IMG/VR virus record: IMGVR_UViG_3300042905_004424
From: an uncultured virus (IMG/VR IMGVR_UViG_3300042905_004424)
Lineage: Duplodnaviria; Heunggongvirae; Uroviricota; Caudoviricetes
Reading direction: 5' to 3' (one strand)
DNA: 64,000 nucleotides
This document shows, in pieces, positions 1 to 10,036 of this stretch. The translations under genes and the position numbers were made by a program. Within the stretch, counting starts at the first letter, position 1. Each line of letters opens with the position of its first letter. The notes beneath the pieces were generated by a model. It was given only the letters and a program-made list of their open reading frames with translations, was not told the origin of the DNA and did not search any database.

Positions 1-423
1 AACGAATTTAAAGACATATTTCAATTTCTAATTTCAGTTAGAAAACTTAAAACATATATTAGTATTGATGTTGAATTTCCATTGACTTGGAAAATCCCAA
101 AAAGATTTGTTCAAGAAGACAAGATTATAGAAAATCAAAAAGTTAACGATAACGCACGATTTTTTTCTTTTGTCAGTGAATTTAATGAAGTAATTCTTAA
201 TCAAACGGTAGAAAATATTAAAAATATTATTTCATATAATAAAGAAATTGAAATGAAAGAAAGACTTTTAAAACAAAAAATAGACGAACTTAAAAGAATT
301 TTTGAATCAGAAGATTTAGAACATTTACAAACTCTTAAATTTGAATTGCTAGAAGAAAAATTAAACGATGGAGAAGAAGATTTTAACGAAAGAAGAACAA
401 ACCATAAATTGGTTGAAGAGTGA
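1..423 (+). CDS. hypothetical coiled-coil protein, 5'-truncated by window edge
   Basis: Frame is open from base 1 (NEFKDIFQFLISVRKLKTY...) into the listed 82..423 ORF. Confidence 0.7.
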   Translation, partial: NEFKDIFQFLISVRKLKTYISIDVEFPLTWKIPKRFVQEDKIIENQKVNDNARFFSFVSEFNEVILNQTVENIKNIISYNKEIEMKERLLKQKIDELKRIFESEDLEHLQTLKFELLEEKLNDGEEDFNERRTNHKLVEE

Positions 424-565
424 ATTTGAAAAAGATAAGATTGAGTTAGAAAATCAAAAACAAAAATTTGCAGACTCAATTAAAAACTTAGATAAAAAAG
501 ACATAATCAAACCCATCGCAAAACTTACAATATGGCAGAAGATCAAGAAAGTGCTCCTAGCGTAA
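368..565 (+). CDS. hypothetical protein
   Basis: 65-aa ORF overlapping both neighbours in operon fashion. Confidence 0.6.
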   Translation: MEKKILTKEEQTINWLKSEFEKDKIELENQKQKFADSIKNLDKKDIIKPIAKLTIWQKIKKVLLA

Positions 566-882
566 TAGAAAATTTAGCGTTGGTGACAGATGCCATACAA
601 ACTATGTTCCCCGATGGAAAAATAATTTGTGTATACGAATTAAACGACCAAGACTTCAAAAAAGTCCAAGAAAATTTTAGAAAAATAGATAATCAACACA
701 AAAGATTTTCAATAGACATGTCAGGTTTAGAACACGTATTTATTCATGAGGATATAAATTTAACATTATTAACTCCTGATATTAATAATGTTGACAAAAA
801 ATCAAATAATAAAAGTATTTTATTTAAAATAAAAACAAAAATATCATCTTGGTTTAAAAGTGGTGGATCTTCGATAAAGTAA
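532..882 (+). CDS. hypothetical protein
   Basis: 116-aa ORF, composition typical of the window. Confidence 0.65.
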   Translation: MAEDQESAPSVIENLALVTDAIQTMFPDGKIICVYELNDQDFKKVQENFRKIDNQHKRFSIDMSGLEHVFIHEDINLTLLTPDINNVDKKSNNKSILFKIKTKISSWFKSGGSSIK

Positions 883-1482
883 TTTTTTATCAATACCCAA
901 ATTTTCTAAAATACTATACAAATATTTTTTTTGTGGTTTTGATGTTTCAGAAACAACAATACAATTATAAATTGACTTATCTTTTAAAAATTCATTTAAA
1001 ACGTCTAAAAATCTTTTAGATTCATTTTCATTCTTTAATGAAAATAAATAAACATTATTATCTTCCTGTAAAACCACTTTGTTATTTAGTTTAGAAATTA
1101 AAATTACACCTTTCTTAAAGATATAATTTTCATAAAATTTATTTAGTGTGATCTTTTCTTTTTTTGTTACATCGTATATAGTTTCCTCTATTTTGTAATT
1201 AGAAATTTCCATAATTTTATAATCTAAATCATCAAGTTCTATTTTTATTTGCCTACCAAGATCATCTCTAACAAATAAAGGATTAAACGTAGTATTTTTT
1301 TTTTCTAAAATACACAACTCAAAATCACAATCTTTCGCATTCTCAACATCTTTTTTGAAATAAATGGTTTTGTTGTTATTAATTTTGGTGTCAAAAAATT
1401 CTTTAGCCTTAACAAAAGTAACAAACTTGTTTATTATTTTCTTTCTTACTTTATTTTTAAATAAAACCACTAAATAATTCAT
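844..1482 (-). CDS. hypothetical protein
   Basis: Long ORF; likely start MNYLVVLF at 1482, which avoids overlap with dnaJ. Confidence 0.7.
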   Translation of the reverse strand: MNYLVVLFKNKVRKKIINKFVTFVKAKEFFDTKINNNKTIYFKKDVENAKDCDFELCILEKKNTTFNPLFVRDDLGRQIKIELDDLDYKIMEISNYKIEETIYDVTKKEKITLNKFYENYIFKKGVILISKLNNKVVLQEDNNVYLFSLKNENESKRFLDVLNEFLKDKSIYNCIVVSETSKPQKKYLYSILENLGIDKKLLYRRSTTFKPR

Positions 1483-1511
1483 AAAAAAATAATAATAATA
1501 AAATTGAATAA

Positions 1512-2435
1512 ATGAATAATAACAATTATTACGACATTTTAAACGTTGAAGAAACTGCAACTCAAGACGATATTAAAAAAAAATATAGAAAGTTAGCAAA
1601 AGAAAATCACCCTGACATTGGAGGTGACGAAGAAACTTTTAAAAAAATATCCACAGCTTATGATGTTTTAAGTGATGAACAAAAAAGACACAGATATGAT
1701 CAAGAAAGAAAAGGCGTTTTCGGATCATCTAACAATTTTAACGATATTTTTAATAGTATGTTTGGTAATGGACAAAGTAATGGTAATAGAGCCGCCCATA
1801 CGTCAAATATCACAGTAAGTATCGGGACAATAAATTCATATAAAGGAGGAAAACATAGTCTTTCATATAGAAGACAATCTAGTTGTGATCCATGTAATGG
1901 GACTGGAGGAGAAAAAAAAGTTTGTAATTTTTGTGGTGGAACAGGTAATATTGTGAGACAATTTGGAAATGGATCATTTCTTCAGCTCATGCAAGTTGTT
2001 TGTGAGACATGTCATGGAAAAGGATTCTTTATGATTAACGCATGTTTTTTATGTAATGGCGTTGGAACTAAAACAGAAATGAAAACTTTAGACATTTCAT
2101 TACCACACGGTATTGATAATGGTCAGTTTTTAAGGGTCACCGGTATGGGTGATTTTAAAAATGGATCTTATGGTGATTTGGTTGTTAGAGTTGATTTAAA
2201 ACCCCAAGATGGTTTTACTAAAGTTGGGAATCATTTAGTTTATGACTCATTCATTACTTTGGAAGATTTAAAATTAGGAACTGTAAATGTTCCCCATCCT
2301 GATGGAGAACTAAACATCAAATTACCAAAAAATATTGATACATCAATACCTTTAAGAATTAAGTCAAAAGGATTTAAATTAGAAAGTGTTGGGGATCTTA
2401 TAGTAAATCAATATATAAAATATAGTAGGGATTAA
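1512..2435 (+). CDS. dnaJ: DnaJ/Hsp40 co-chaperone
   Basis: J domain (YYDILNV...HPD), four CxxCxGxG repeats, C-terminal domain (GDLVV, GDLIV). Confidence 0.95.
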   Translation: MNNNNYYDILNVEETATQDDIKKKYRKLAKENHPDIGGDEETFKKISTAYDVLSDEQKRHRYDQERKGVFGSSNNFNDIFNSMFGNGQSNGNRAAHTSNITVSIGTINSYKGGKHSLSYRRQSSCDPCNGTGGEKKVCNFCGGTGNIVRQFGNGSFLQLMQVVCETCHGKGFFMINACFLCNGVGTKTEMKTLDISLPHGIDNGQFLRVTGMGDFKNGSYGDLVVRVDLKPQDGFTKVGNHLVYDSFITLEDLKLGTVNVPHPDGELNIKLPKNIDTSIPLRIKSKGFKLESVGDLIVNQYIKYSRD

Positions 2436-2611
2436 AATAAGGATATTAAATCTTTAATTGCTACTATAAATCCGTATATGGCAAAAAAAGTAAAAATTCC
2501 ACCAAATATTAAAACAAATGTTTGTGTATTCTTAACTTGTTTGCTCTCTCTACATGTTGGACATTTAACTTGTGTTGGCTCTGTTTTGTTGTTGTATATT
2601 TCTTCTTCCAT
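2432..2611 (-). CDS. small membrane protein with CxxC motif (not in ORF track)
   Basis: Hand translation MEEEIYNNKTEPTQVKCPTCRESKQVKNTQTFVLIFGGIFTFFAIYGFIVAIKDLISLF*. Confidence 0.65.
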   Translation of the reverse strand: MEEEIYNNKTEPTQVKCPTCRESKQVKNTQTFVLIFGGIFTFFAIYGFIVAIKDLISLF

Positions 2612-2712
2612 AATTTGTTATAATAATAATTATACATTAAAACAATTTATAAGTGAATAATTTTTGAATTGACATATCAACATAGAATTCGTATATTTCT
2701 AATAAAAAAACT

Positions 2713-3552
2713 ATGTTATCATATATTGGGGGAAAAAGTAAGATAGGAAAGTGGATAGTTCCTTTCTACGATAAGAATATGGAAACGTATGTTGAGACGT
2801 TTGGGGGCATGTTTTGGTGTTTCTTTAATATGGACCTAAAACAGTTTCCCAACCTGAAGAAAGTTGTTTACAACGACTTTAATCCACTAAATTATAACTT
2901 ATTTAAGTGTATTCAAAACCCAACGGAGTTATTGGGGGCAATCAACTCAATTGATTGTCAAAAATTTGGTGTGGAAATTACACCACCATTATATAAAGAA
3001 CAATTTATCAGGTTTCAGGCTGAAATATTTGCTGAAAATTTCAGCGTAGAACCTGGCGATTATGATGTTGCCGCAAAATACGTTTATATTTTAACTCAAG
3101 TATTCAGTGGGTCAAAACCTGAGACAAGTTCTTTTATTGACCTTAAAGGTAAGTACAAGTCAAAATATTTGACGTTTAGAGATAAACTATTAAAACCGGA
3201 TTGGATAGAACATTTCTTAAAGATAACTCACGTTGAGAATATGGATTTTGCTGAGGTTATTGAAAAGTATGATTCGCCTAACACTTATTTTTATGTAGAT
3301 CCTCCATACTGGAAAACAGAGAACTATTACTCCAACCATGACTTTGATCGTCAAGATCACGAAAGACTTTCAAAATCTTTAATAAGTATGGAAGGTAAAT
3401 TCAGTTTATCATATTATGATTTTCCTTTATTATCCGAATGGTTTCCAAAAGATACATATACATGGGAGAAAAAAGAATTCGCTAAAGCTGCTGCCGCTAA
3501 AAAGGGTAAGGCTCAAACTATGGGCGAGGAGCTATTAATAATGAATTATTAA
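2713..3552 (+). CDS. Dam-like (D12 class) N6-adenine DNA methyltransferase
   Basis: YIGGKS N-terminus, YVETFGG motif I, YND, YVDPPY catalytic motif. Confidence 0.92.
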   Translation: MLSYIGGKSKIGKWIVPFYDKNMETYVETFGGMFWCFFNMDLKQFPNLKKVVYNDFNPLNYNLFKCIQNPTELLGAINSIDCQKFGVEITPPLYKEQFIRFQAEIFAENFSVEPGDYDVAAKYVYILTQVFSGSKPETSSFIDLKGKYKSKYLTFRDKLLKPDWIEHFLKITHVENMDFAEVIEKYDSPNTYFYVDPPYWKTENYYSNHDFDRQDHERLSKSLISMEGKFSLSYYDFPLLSEWFPKDTYTWEKKEFAKAAAAKKGKAQTMGEELLIMNY

Positions 3553-3591
3553 TTTTTTCAATTAATCTAATATTTATTATAAAATTACATT

Positions 3592-4971
3592 ATGTCTTTA
3601 AGATTTACCAACCTATTAAGGGACCTTATTGTTGAAAGTTCAAGATTTCAAGTATTGTTCGATAAATTTGTTAAACCAAAAGAAAAAGGACAAAGAGGTT
3701 TCATGCCTTTTGAAACTTTATTCGCACTTATTGTTGCCGACCCAACTACAAAAGTTCCTGAAGGAATGGATATTGATAATGTTAAACCTGATCAAATGGA
3801 AAAGGTAAAAATTGGAAAATATGCTCAGTGGTTAATCAAAAACTTTATGACACCTAAGTTACCGGCAGATCATCCTTTAATGGTTAGTGATCCACAATCA
3901 AGTCAATACAAACAAGCATTGACGCAATTTCAATCTCTTTTCATGGAAGATTTATATAAGGTCACAATAAATCTTCAAAAATATGAAAGATTTAAAAATA
4001 GGTTAGCACAAGAATATAGGGATATAAATAAATTAAGTATTGAGACTTTACAAGATCAAGTCAAAGATTTTAGTTTAGAAAAAACTAAAGCAACCGCTGA
4101 CGAGAAAAAAGAAGCGTCTGTAACATATGCTCACCCTGGGGCTAACATTGTTTATAGAGGTCAAGATTGGACTGTTGCTAAAATTTCAGACAAAGGTCCA
4201 TTAGGTAAAGAAGCGGCATGTTTCTATGGTGGATCTCATAATGAAGGAAGACGAGGGGAAACTACTTGGTGCACATCATCACCTGGTCTTAGTTGGTTTG
4301 ATAGATACATCGGTAGAGGACCATTATATGTTGTAATTCCAAACAAAGCAAGATCATTCAAATCTTACGGAAAAGAAACAGGTGAAGTTTCAGGTTTACC
4401 AGCGGACAGATACCAATTTCACTTCCCTGATAATCAGTATATGGATGCGGATGACAGACCAATTAATTTAATTGACTTTTTAAATACAAACGAAGAAGGT
4501 TTAAAACAATTCTTTAAGCCTGAGTTTATGTCATCATTGTCAGGTGAAAAAGGAGAAAAAGTGGCTATTGACTATCCTAGTGATTCAGCTTCTAAATTTA
4601 TTGCCTTATACGGATTTGACGAATTCTTCGCTACTTTACCACAAACATTAAAAAGATTTACATTTAAAAACACATCAAAAGATAAACTTTCTTTAAATAT
4701 TCCAAACGACATTGGTAGATTTAAAGAATTAACCGCAATTAATTTTGTTGGTTGTATTGCTTCTTTGCCTGACTCAATTTGTCAACTACAAAATTTACAA
4801 TATTTATCTTTGGTTAATAATCCAGACCTTCAGATGCTACCAGATTGTATCGGAAACATGCCAAACCTTATGGTTTTAAATCTTTCAGGGTCTGATCGTA
4901 ACAAAGTTCTACCACAATCAATCTTAAGTAGAGAAGAAGAAGATGAAGATTTTAACTTATTTACACATTAA
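3592..4971 (+). CDS. leucine-rich-repeat protein with WCT-motif domain
   Basis: C-terminal LRRs (IPNDIGRFKEL, LPDSICQLQNLQYLSL, LPDCIGNMPNLMVLNLS); central TTWCTS; TATTTAT at 3571. Confidence 0.8.
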   Translation: MSLRFTNLLRDLIVESSRFQVLFDKFVKPKEKGQRGFMPFETLFALIVADPTTKVPEGMDIDNVKPDQMEKVKIGKYAQWLIKNFMTPKLPADHPLMVSDPQSSQYKQALTQFQSLFMEDLYKVTINLQKYERFKNRLAQEYRDINKLSIETLQDQVKDFSLEKTKATADEKKEASVTYAHPGANIVYRGQDWTVAKISDKGPLGKEAACFYGGSHNEGRRGETTWCTSSPGLSWFDRYIGRGPLYVVIPNKARSFKSYGKETGEVSGLPADRYQFHFPDNQYMDADDRPINLIDFLNTNEEGLKQFFKPEFMSSLSGEKGEKVAIDYPSDSASKFIALYGFDEFFATLPQTLKRFTFKNTSKDKLSLNIPNDIGRFKELTAINFVGCIASLPDSICQLQNLQYLSLVNNPDLQMLPDCIGNMPNLMVLNLSGSDRNKVLPQSILSREEEDEDFNLFTH

Positions 4972-5017
4972 AGTAGATTATTTAAAACATTATAATATTT
5001 ATTAATAAAATAAAAAT

Positions 5018-6064
5018 ATGAACAGAAGAATTTTAATATCGGAAAATGAAAGATCTAGAATTTTAGGTCTACACGAAAATCGTAGAATGAAAGAATGGGG
5101 ATTGATTAACGAACAAGTTATACCAACCGGTTATGACTCGATTGAAGCTTGTAAAGCGGAAGCTCCAAAACTTGCTGCTAGTAAGGTATTTGCAGGACAG
5201 TCTTGGGATGTTGTTAAGGCAAAATGGGTTGAGTCTAACTGTAATGGAACAACTCCTTGTAATGTAGGAACGGAAGCATCAAATATTAATTTAAGAAAGG
5301 CAATGTGTGAAGGAACCTTTACTATGGGTGCACCTGCGGCTGCCACACCATCAGAATATACTGTTTACAAAGGTGGAGTCCCATCTAAAATGACTGTTGA
5401 TCAGATTAGTCAAGGACTTGCAGATGGTACTATAAAACCAACTGATAAAGTGTGGGACATTAGTAAAGGTCAAGGTTCTGATGCCATAGTTCCATTATCA
5501 ACTTTAACTTTAGACACTAAAATACAAGCATCAATTAAAACTATTGCTCCAGAATTAGCGGGAGAAGAAAAAACATATGAAATATCTGCGGATGGTAGAG
5601 CTGCCGCAATAAAATATACAAAAGAAACATTAACAAAGGCGATCGCAGATGGCACTTTGAATAAAGATTCGGCATATGTTATTATTGTAGACCCAGCAAC
5701 ACAAGCAAAATCATATCAAAAAGTAATGCTTAACGCTGACTTAGTTCCAATTATTAATTCGGCTTCTGGTGCTCAACCTATAGCGGCAGAAAGAAAGTCA
5801 ACCAATATTCCTGAACTTGATGCTTGGTTGAAAGGACCAATTGGATCTGCATGGGATAAACTTACAGACCCAAAACAAAAAGAAAGTATGTTTGACTCAT
5901 TTGAAAAAACCGACCCAACAATTACTAAATTAAAAGATACGGTAGGTAAGGGACCATTAAGATCTGCGTTAGGAATGGCTGCTGACACAGGATTTGGTAG
6001 AGGATTACAAAGGTTAAGAGGAAAAGTTGGAGCGGCAATAACTGGTAATCAACCAGTTGCTTAA
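5018..6064 (+). CDS. leader-bearing protein with two GYF_2/DUF4339-like repeats
   Basis: Leader ILISENERSRILGLHE; repeats MTVDQISQGLADGTIKPTDKVW and YTKETLTKAIADGTLNKDSAYV. Confidence 0.65.
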   Translation: MNRRILISENERSRILGLHENRRMKEWGLINEQVIPTGYDSIEACKAEAPKLAASKVFAGQSWDVVKAKWVESNCNGTTPCNVGTEASNINLRKAMCEGTFTMGAPAAATPSEYTVYKGGVPSKMTVDQISQGLADGTIKPTDKVWDISKGQGSDAIVPLSTLTLDTKIQASIKTIAPELAGEEKTYEISADGRAAAIKYTKETLTKAIADGTLNKDSAYVIIVDPATQAKSYQKVMLNADLVPIINSASGAQPIAAERKSTNIPELDAWLKGPIGSAWDKLTDPKQKESMFDSFEKTDPTITKLKDTVGKGPLRSALGMAADTGFGRGLQRLRGKVGAAITGNQPVA

Positions 6065-6091
6065 TAATCTATCTTATTTTTATATAAAAAA

Positions 6092-6313
6092 ATGATTATT
6101 TCAGAGCAACAAATTAGAAAAATAATTAAAAGAGTGATTTTTGAAGATAGAAAAGAATCTATGTTAGAAAAAATGAAAAGAAAATTAAAAGGAATATCCG
6201 ACGATAAATTAATTTATAATATGGAAAATGAATTACCTTGGGATTGGAAAGGATCAAAAGAGGCATACTTTGAAAAACACGAAGATAGAAAATATTCAAA
6301 AGGATCAAACTAA
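6092..6313 (+). CDS. hypothetical protein with IISEQQ leader
   Basis: 73-aa ORF sharing the N-terminal motif. Confidence 0.7.
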   Translation: MIISEQQIRKIIKRVIFEDRKESMLEKMKRKLKGISDDKLIYNMENELPWDWKGSKEAYFEKHEDRKYSKGSN

Positions 6314-6331
6314 TATGTGTAATAAATAATT

Positions 6332-6922
6332 ATGAAAAACAAACTATTTTTAACCGAATCTGAAAAATCAAGAATTAGTGATTTACACAGAATGGCAATT
6401 GTTACTGAAGGTAAAAACACTTTAAATGAGGCTAATTTAGTAGACATTCAAAATTTACTAATAAAAAAAGGAATGTTGGGACAAAAAGTTGCTGACAATA
6501 AATTAGGTCCATTAACTTTAAATGCGATCTATTCTGCATTAACACAAACTCAGCCAACACAAACTCAACCAACAGGGGCTCAAGGAACAGGGACTCAAGA
6601 AACAGGGACTCCAGGAACTGGAGCTCAAGTACCACCAACTCAAGGAGCGCCAGTATATTATCCTTGGGTAAAAGAAGGTGGAAAACCTGTTCAAAACATA
6701 ATAGATGCTAAAAAAGCCGACCCAAATTTTCAAAATTGGTTAACTGAATTAAAAAAACTCACCACAGAACAATTGACCAAAATTCAACAAGACCTTAAAG
6801 CGGCTTTTTTAGAATCAGCTATAGGTGTTAAATTGGATAGCACCGAGGCATATCAACCATACATGGTTGCACTACAAACAATTAGTACTGCAATGGAAAT
6901 GGTTAAAAAACCTCTGGTTTAA
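6332..6922 (+). CDS. leader-bearing protein with degenerate peptidoglycan-binding motif
   Basis: LFLTESEKSRISDLH leader; IQNLL...ADNKLGPLTLNAI; TQPTQ/GTQ low-complexity linker. Confidence 0.65.
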   Translation: MKNKLFLTESEKSRISDLHRMAIVTEGKNTLNEANLVDIQNLLIKKGMLGQKVADNKLGPLTLNAIYSALTQTQPTQTQPTGAQGTGTQETGTPGTGAQVPPTQGAPVYYPWVKEGGKPVQNIIDAKKADPNFQNWLTELKKLTTEQLTKIQQDLKAAFLESAIGVKLDSTEAYQPYMVALQTISTAMEMVKKPLV

Positions 6923-6980
6923 ACAACACCAATAACACATGTGTAACCTAAATAGTGGTAATAAATCAAACTTAAATAAG

Positions 6981-7006
6981 AACCCTCACTTCGGTGGGGG
7001 TTTTTT
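6981..7006 (+). terminator. intrinsic terminator
   Basis: AACCCTCAC-TTCG-GTGGGGGTT hairpin plus T tract. Confidence 0.85.
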
Positions 7007-7029
7007 ATTTAACAAAGTATTTATCTTAT

Positions 7030-7587
7030 ATGAAAATAGTTATATCTGATAACCAATATAGTCTTTTAAAAGAATCAGTTGCCATTAAAAATATTGAGGG
7101 AATTAAAAATCATTGGAAAAACCAATTAAAAAAAGGTAAAAAAATTAGATTTGATAAAGAAGACTTAGAATTTTGGGGTATTACTACCAGACAAGAAAAA
7201 TTTTATGCTCAAACGGCTTTTCAGGAATTAGTCGGAGATGAGGCGTTTACTGAAAAATTCATTAAAAACTTATTAAATAAAACATTTTCAACAAAAGATT
7301 TTAACGATATAATTAATATTGGTGGTTATGATTTTGAGTGGATAATAACTGAAATGGAATATCGTGATTTTGATTTCTATTTATATGGAAAAACATTACC
7401 GGGAGGAACTGTTACTCTTATGGATGGTAGAAACTTATCTTTAGATGAAGCAACAAATGACGAAGATCTATATTGGGAAATACAAGAAGAAGTTAATGGT
7501 GTTGTTCAAGACTGTATGGACAAAATAATTTTACCTGTTACAGGGTATGAGGTAGAAGTATCATCAATAGTAATATCGGAAGAATGA
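7030..7587 (+). CDS. hypothetical protein, MKIVISDNQ leader family
   Basis: ATG at 7030 is 5 nt after TATTTAT; paralogous to 8862..9449. Confidence 0.75.
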   Translation: MKIVISDNQYSLLKESVAIKNIEGIKNHWKNQLKKGKKIRFDKEDLEFWGITTRQEKFYAQTAFQELVGDEAFTEKFIKNLLNKTFSTKDFNDIINIGGYDFEWIITEMEYRDFDFYLYGKTLPGGTVTLMDGRNLSLDEATNDEDLYWEIQEEVNGVVQDCMDKIILPVTGYEVEVSSIVISEE

Positions 7588-7988
7588 AAATAATAATATC
7601 TGAACAACAATATGTAATGTTATCTGAGTCAAAATTAGATCCAATGCAAAATCTTATTAACATGGCTTTTGATGAGGTAAAAGAAAAATGTGAGGGAGGT
7701 TCTTATGTAAGGTCACACCACAATTACATATGTGACCCAATAGAAATGATTGAAGAAATAAAGGTGGTAGATGTATCAAAAACAACGTCTATGGGTTACC
7801 TTGAAAAAAAAGAATTATCTCAAATGCACATTACCGTTGATATTCATCTTGAATCTATATATTTATTTTACGATTTAGATAATTTTATTTATCAGTTACA
7901 AGGGGAAGCAAGAAACATATTAGGTGGAAGTATTGTATCTATATCAATAGGAGAAGTAATCAATATAAGAAAAGAATTTAACTGGTGA
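7584..7988 (+). CDS. hypothetical protein, MKIIISEQQ leader family
   Basis: ATGA overlap with upstream gene; shared leader. Confidence 0.75.
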   Translation: MKIIISEQQYVMLSESKLDPMQNLINMAFDEVKEKCEGGSYVRSHHNYICDPIEMIEEIKVVDVSKTTSMGYLEKKELSQMHITVDIHLESIYLFYDLDNFIYQLQGEARNILGGSIVSISIGEVINIRKEFNW

Positions 7989-8563
7989 TGAAAATTATAT
8001 TAACTGAAGATCAATATAAGAATCTTTTTGAATCCAATTTTGAAAAAAACAAAAGGTTGGTGGGAAAAATGTGGGATGAAGGTATGAACTTGGGTGAGAT
8101 GTCATCGTTGATTGGTTTAGATGAATCTCAAATAATATTACTTCTTAAAGATAAAAATATAAAAATTGATTGTAAATTTGCTGAGGATTTAGTCCTAACT
8201 CTTATGTATAGAACTGATTTTATTAATAAAAATTATAATTTCAACAATGGTCAAATGTTTCTAAACTTAAATTGGGGAGGTTCTAGTGGGTCTGTAGCAT
8301 TTGAGTTTAATGATAAGGAATATAAGTTAACAGGATGGGCAACACCTTATTGGGGTGGTGATTGTGAAACTCCTGTTGAGGGTAATTATTTTGAAAATAA
8401 AAAAACAGATGAATATGTTAATGAATACGGGAATTCAGATAAAAAAATAGAATACACACCATCAAGTTTTAACTCAATACAGGAACTTATTGATTTTTTA
8501 AATAACGATTACCCTAAACAATTAATCAAACCAATAAAAGAATTGATTGAAGGTTATATTTAA
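7985..8563 (+). CDS. hypothetical protein, MKIILTEDQ leader family, possible N-terminal HTH
   Basis: Shared leader; MWDEGMNLGEMSSLIGLDESQI is HTH-like. Confidence 0.7.
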   Translation: MMKIILTEDQYKNLFESNFEKNKRLVGKMWDEGMNLGEMSSLIGLDESQIILLLKDKNIKIDCKFAEDLVLTLMYRTDFINKNYNFNNGQMFLNLNWGGSSGSVAFEFNDKEYKLTGWATPYWGGDCETPVEGNYFENKKTDEYVNEYGNSDKKIEYTPSSFNSIQELIDFLNNDYPKQLIKPIKELIEGYI

Positions 8564-8568
8564 AATAT

Positions 8569-8865
8569 ATGAAAATTATAATAACTGAAGACCAAGTGGC
8601 GTTAATAAGAAGGTTAAGTGAGTTAGAAGAAATTCTTGATAAAATTATTAAGGTATTAAATGATGATATAAACGATAGTGGTCCGGGTTATAAACCTGAT
8701 AATTTTGGTGTTTATGAAAGGTGGGTGATGGATAGAGTCAAAAGAGAGTTTAAAAATGATAATCCAAAGATTGAATTTCCAAATCACGATTTTATGATGT
8801 TAATGTCGGGACAATTTAACAATAAAATTAGAAAAGGTTTTAATAAAGTTAAAAAGAGAAGATGA
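8569..8865 (+). CDS. hypothetical protein, MKIIITEDQ leader family
   Basis: Shared leader. Confidence 0.75.
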   Translation: MKIIITEDQVALIRRLSELEEILDKIIKVLNDDINDSGPGYKPDNFGVYERWVMDRVKREFKNDNPKIEFPNHDFMMLMSGQFNNKIRKGFNKVKKRR

Positions 8866-9449
8866 AAATAATATTAACAGAAAGACAACAGAACTTAATA
8901 ACGGAAAACTTAACAGATGAGAATCTTCGTAAGTTTTGTTATCAAATTTGGAATAAACAAAAAAAGATGGGAGAAGAGCCTAATCTTGATGATATGATTT
9001 ATGATATTACGGACATAAAAAAAAATACAAGGGAAGATTACGATACTATTAGACCAATTTGGTATGAATACAATGGAGGTTATGATAGATTATTTAAAAA
9101 ACTTAAAGATGAAATTGACACTAAAGAATATAAGTTAGTTGAGGCTGAATTTGATTTGGAAACTAAAATAAAGGTTGTCCATCTTGACATTGTAGGACAT
9201 TTTGTTGAAATTATGGTTGATGTTGATCCTCGTGGAACTATAGAATTTCATGGTTGGGATGAAGAAACTGAGGAAGAATACGTGGTAAACGACACAATAG
9301 ACGCTGCTTATCATGAGGCGTTACTTAATTATGAAGGTGCCGATTTTCAAGGAATGATTAGAAGTTCAGTATATGATTTATTTTATAATTTATTAGAAAA
9401 ATACGGAATTCCAATTGATGTGGATATTGACTTAAAAGAAATTTATTAA
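8862..9449 (+). CDS. hypothetical protein, MKIILTERQ leader family
   Basis: Shared leader; W(K/N)xQxKxG segment shared with 7030..7587. Confidence 0.75.
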   Translation: MKIILTERQQNLITENLTDENLRKFCYQIWNKQKKMGEEPNLDDMIYDITDIKKNTREDYDTIRPIWYEYNGGYDRLFKKLKDEIDTKEYKLVEAEFDLETKIKVVHLDIVGHFVEIMVDVDPRGTIEFHGWDEETEEEYVVNDTIDAAYHEALLNYEGADFQGMIRSSVYDLFYNLLEKYGIPIDVDIDLKEIY

Positions 9450-9461
9450 TACTTTTTAAAT

Positions 9462-9701
9462 ATGGGACCAATCGAAAAAAAAATTTTAGAATTATCAAAA
9501 ACAGAAGGACTTTCTGAAGAAACTTTAATGACTTTAACTATTTTGAAAAATCAAATTAGAGATGATGAACGAAGACTTGCAAACAATGCATATGAAAAAG
9601 GTTTTCACGATAAAGAAATGAATCGAAAACCTACTTGGAATTACTTTGAAAATAATTATAGTAGTTATTTGTCAAATATTAAATTTGGCCAGATAAGTTA
9701 A
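9462..9701 (+). CDS. hypothetical protein
   Basis: 79-aa ORF. Confidence 0.6.
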   Translation: MGPIEKKILELSKTEGLSEETLMTLTILKNQIRDDERRLANNAYEKGFHDKEMNRKPTWNYFENNYSSYLSNIKFGQIS

Positions 9702-9707
9702 TTTTTG

Positions 9708-9715
9708 TATCTTTG
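9708..9715 (+). promoter_or_regulatory. Bacteroidota-type -7 promoter element TATCTTTG (representative copy)
   Basis: Matches TAnnTTTG; also at 12213, 22064, 25074, 29519, 30820, 35908, 36668, 38437, 41445, 42996, each at the start of a gene or unit. Confidence 0.8.
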
Positions 9716-9719
9716 TGAT

Positions 9720-10004
9720 ATGGAAGACTTAACTAAACTTGAATTACCCGAAATTAAAATTCTTTGTAAACAATACGGAATAGGTATTGTTGGAGATCAA
9801 AAATCTTTAATCAAAAAACTCAAATATTTCTTAGAACCTATTGGAGATGTATTAAACACGCATCCTGGAAGAAAATTAGCCAATGGTAAAAAAATTGTTG
9901 GAGTTAAAGTTAACAACCAAGAAGAAATTAATTCTATTAATAAGAAAAAGGGTCAATTTTTATATTATTCTTTGGGTTATCACTATTATATTGTGACAGA
10001 ATAA
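9720..10004 (+). CDS. hypothetical protein with SAP/HeH-like N-terminus
   Basis: LTKLELPEIKILCKQYGIGIVGDQKSLIKKL resembles SAP-type DNA-binding motif; ATG 4 nt after TATCTTTG. Confidence 0.6.
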   Translation: MEDLTKLELPEIKILCKQYGIGIVGDQKSLIKKLKYFLEPIGDVLNTHPGRKLANGKKIVGVKVNNQEEINSINKKKGQFLYYSLGYHYYIVTE

Positions 10005-10036
10005 TAAAACCATGATATTTATTAAATAAAATTGAT

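Noticed and set aside
2478..2660. Plus-strand 60-aa ORF
   Set aside because: Shadow of the more protein-like minus-strand ORF 2432..2611.
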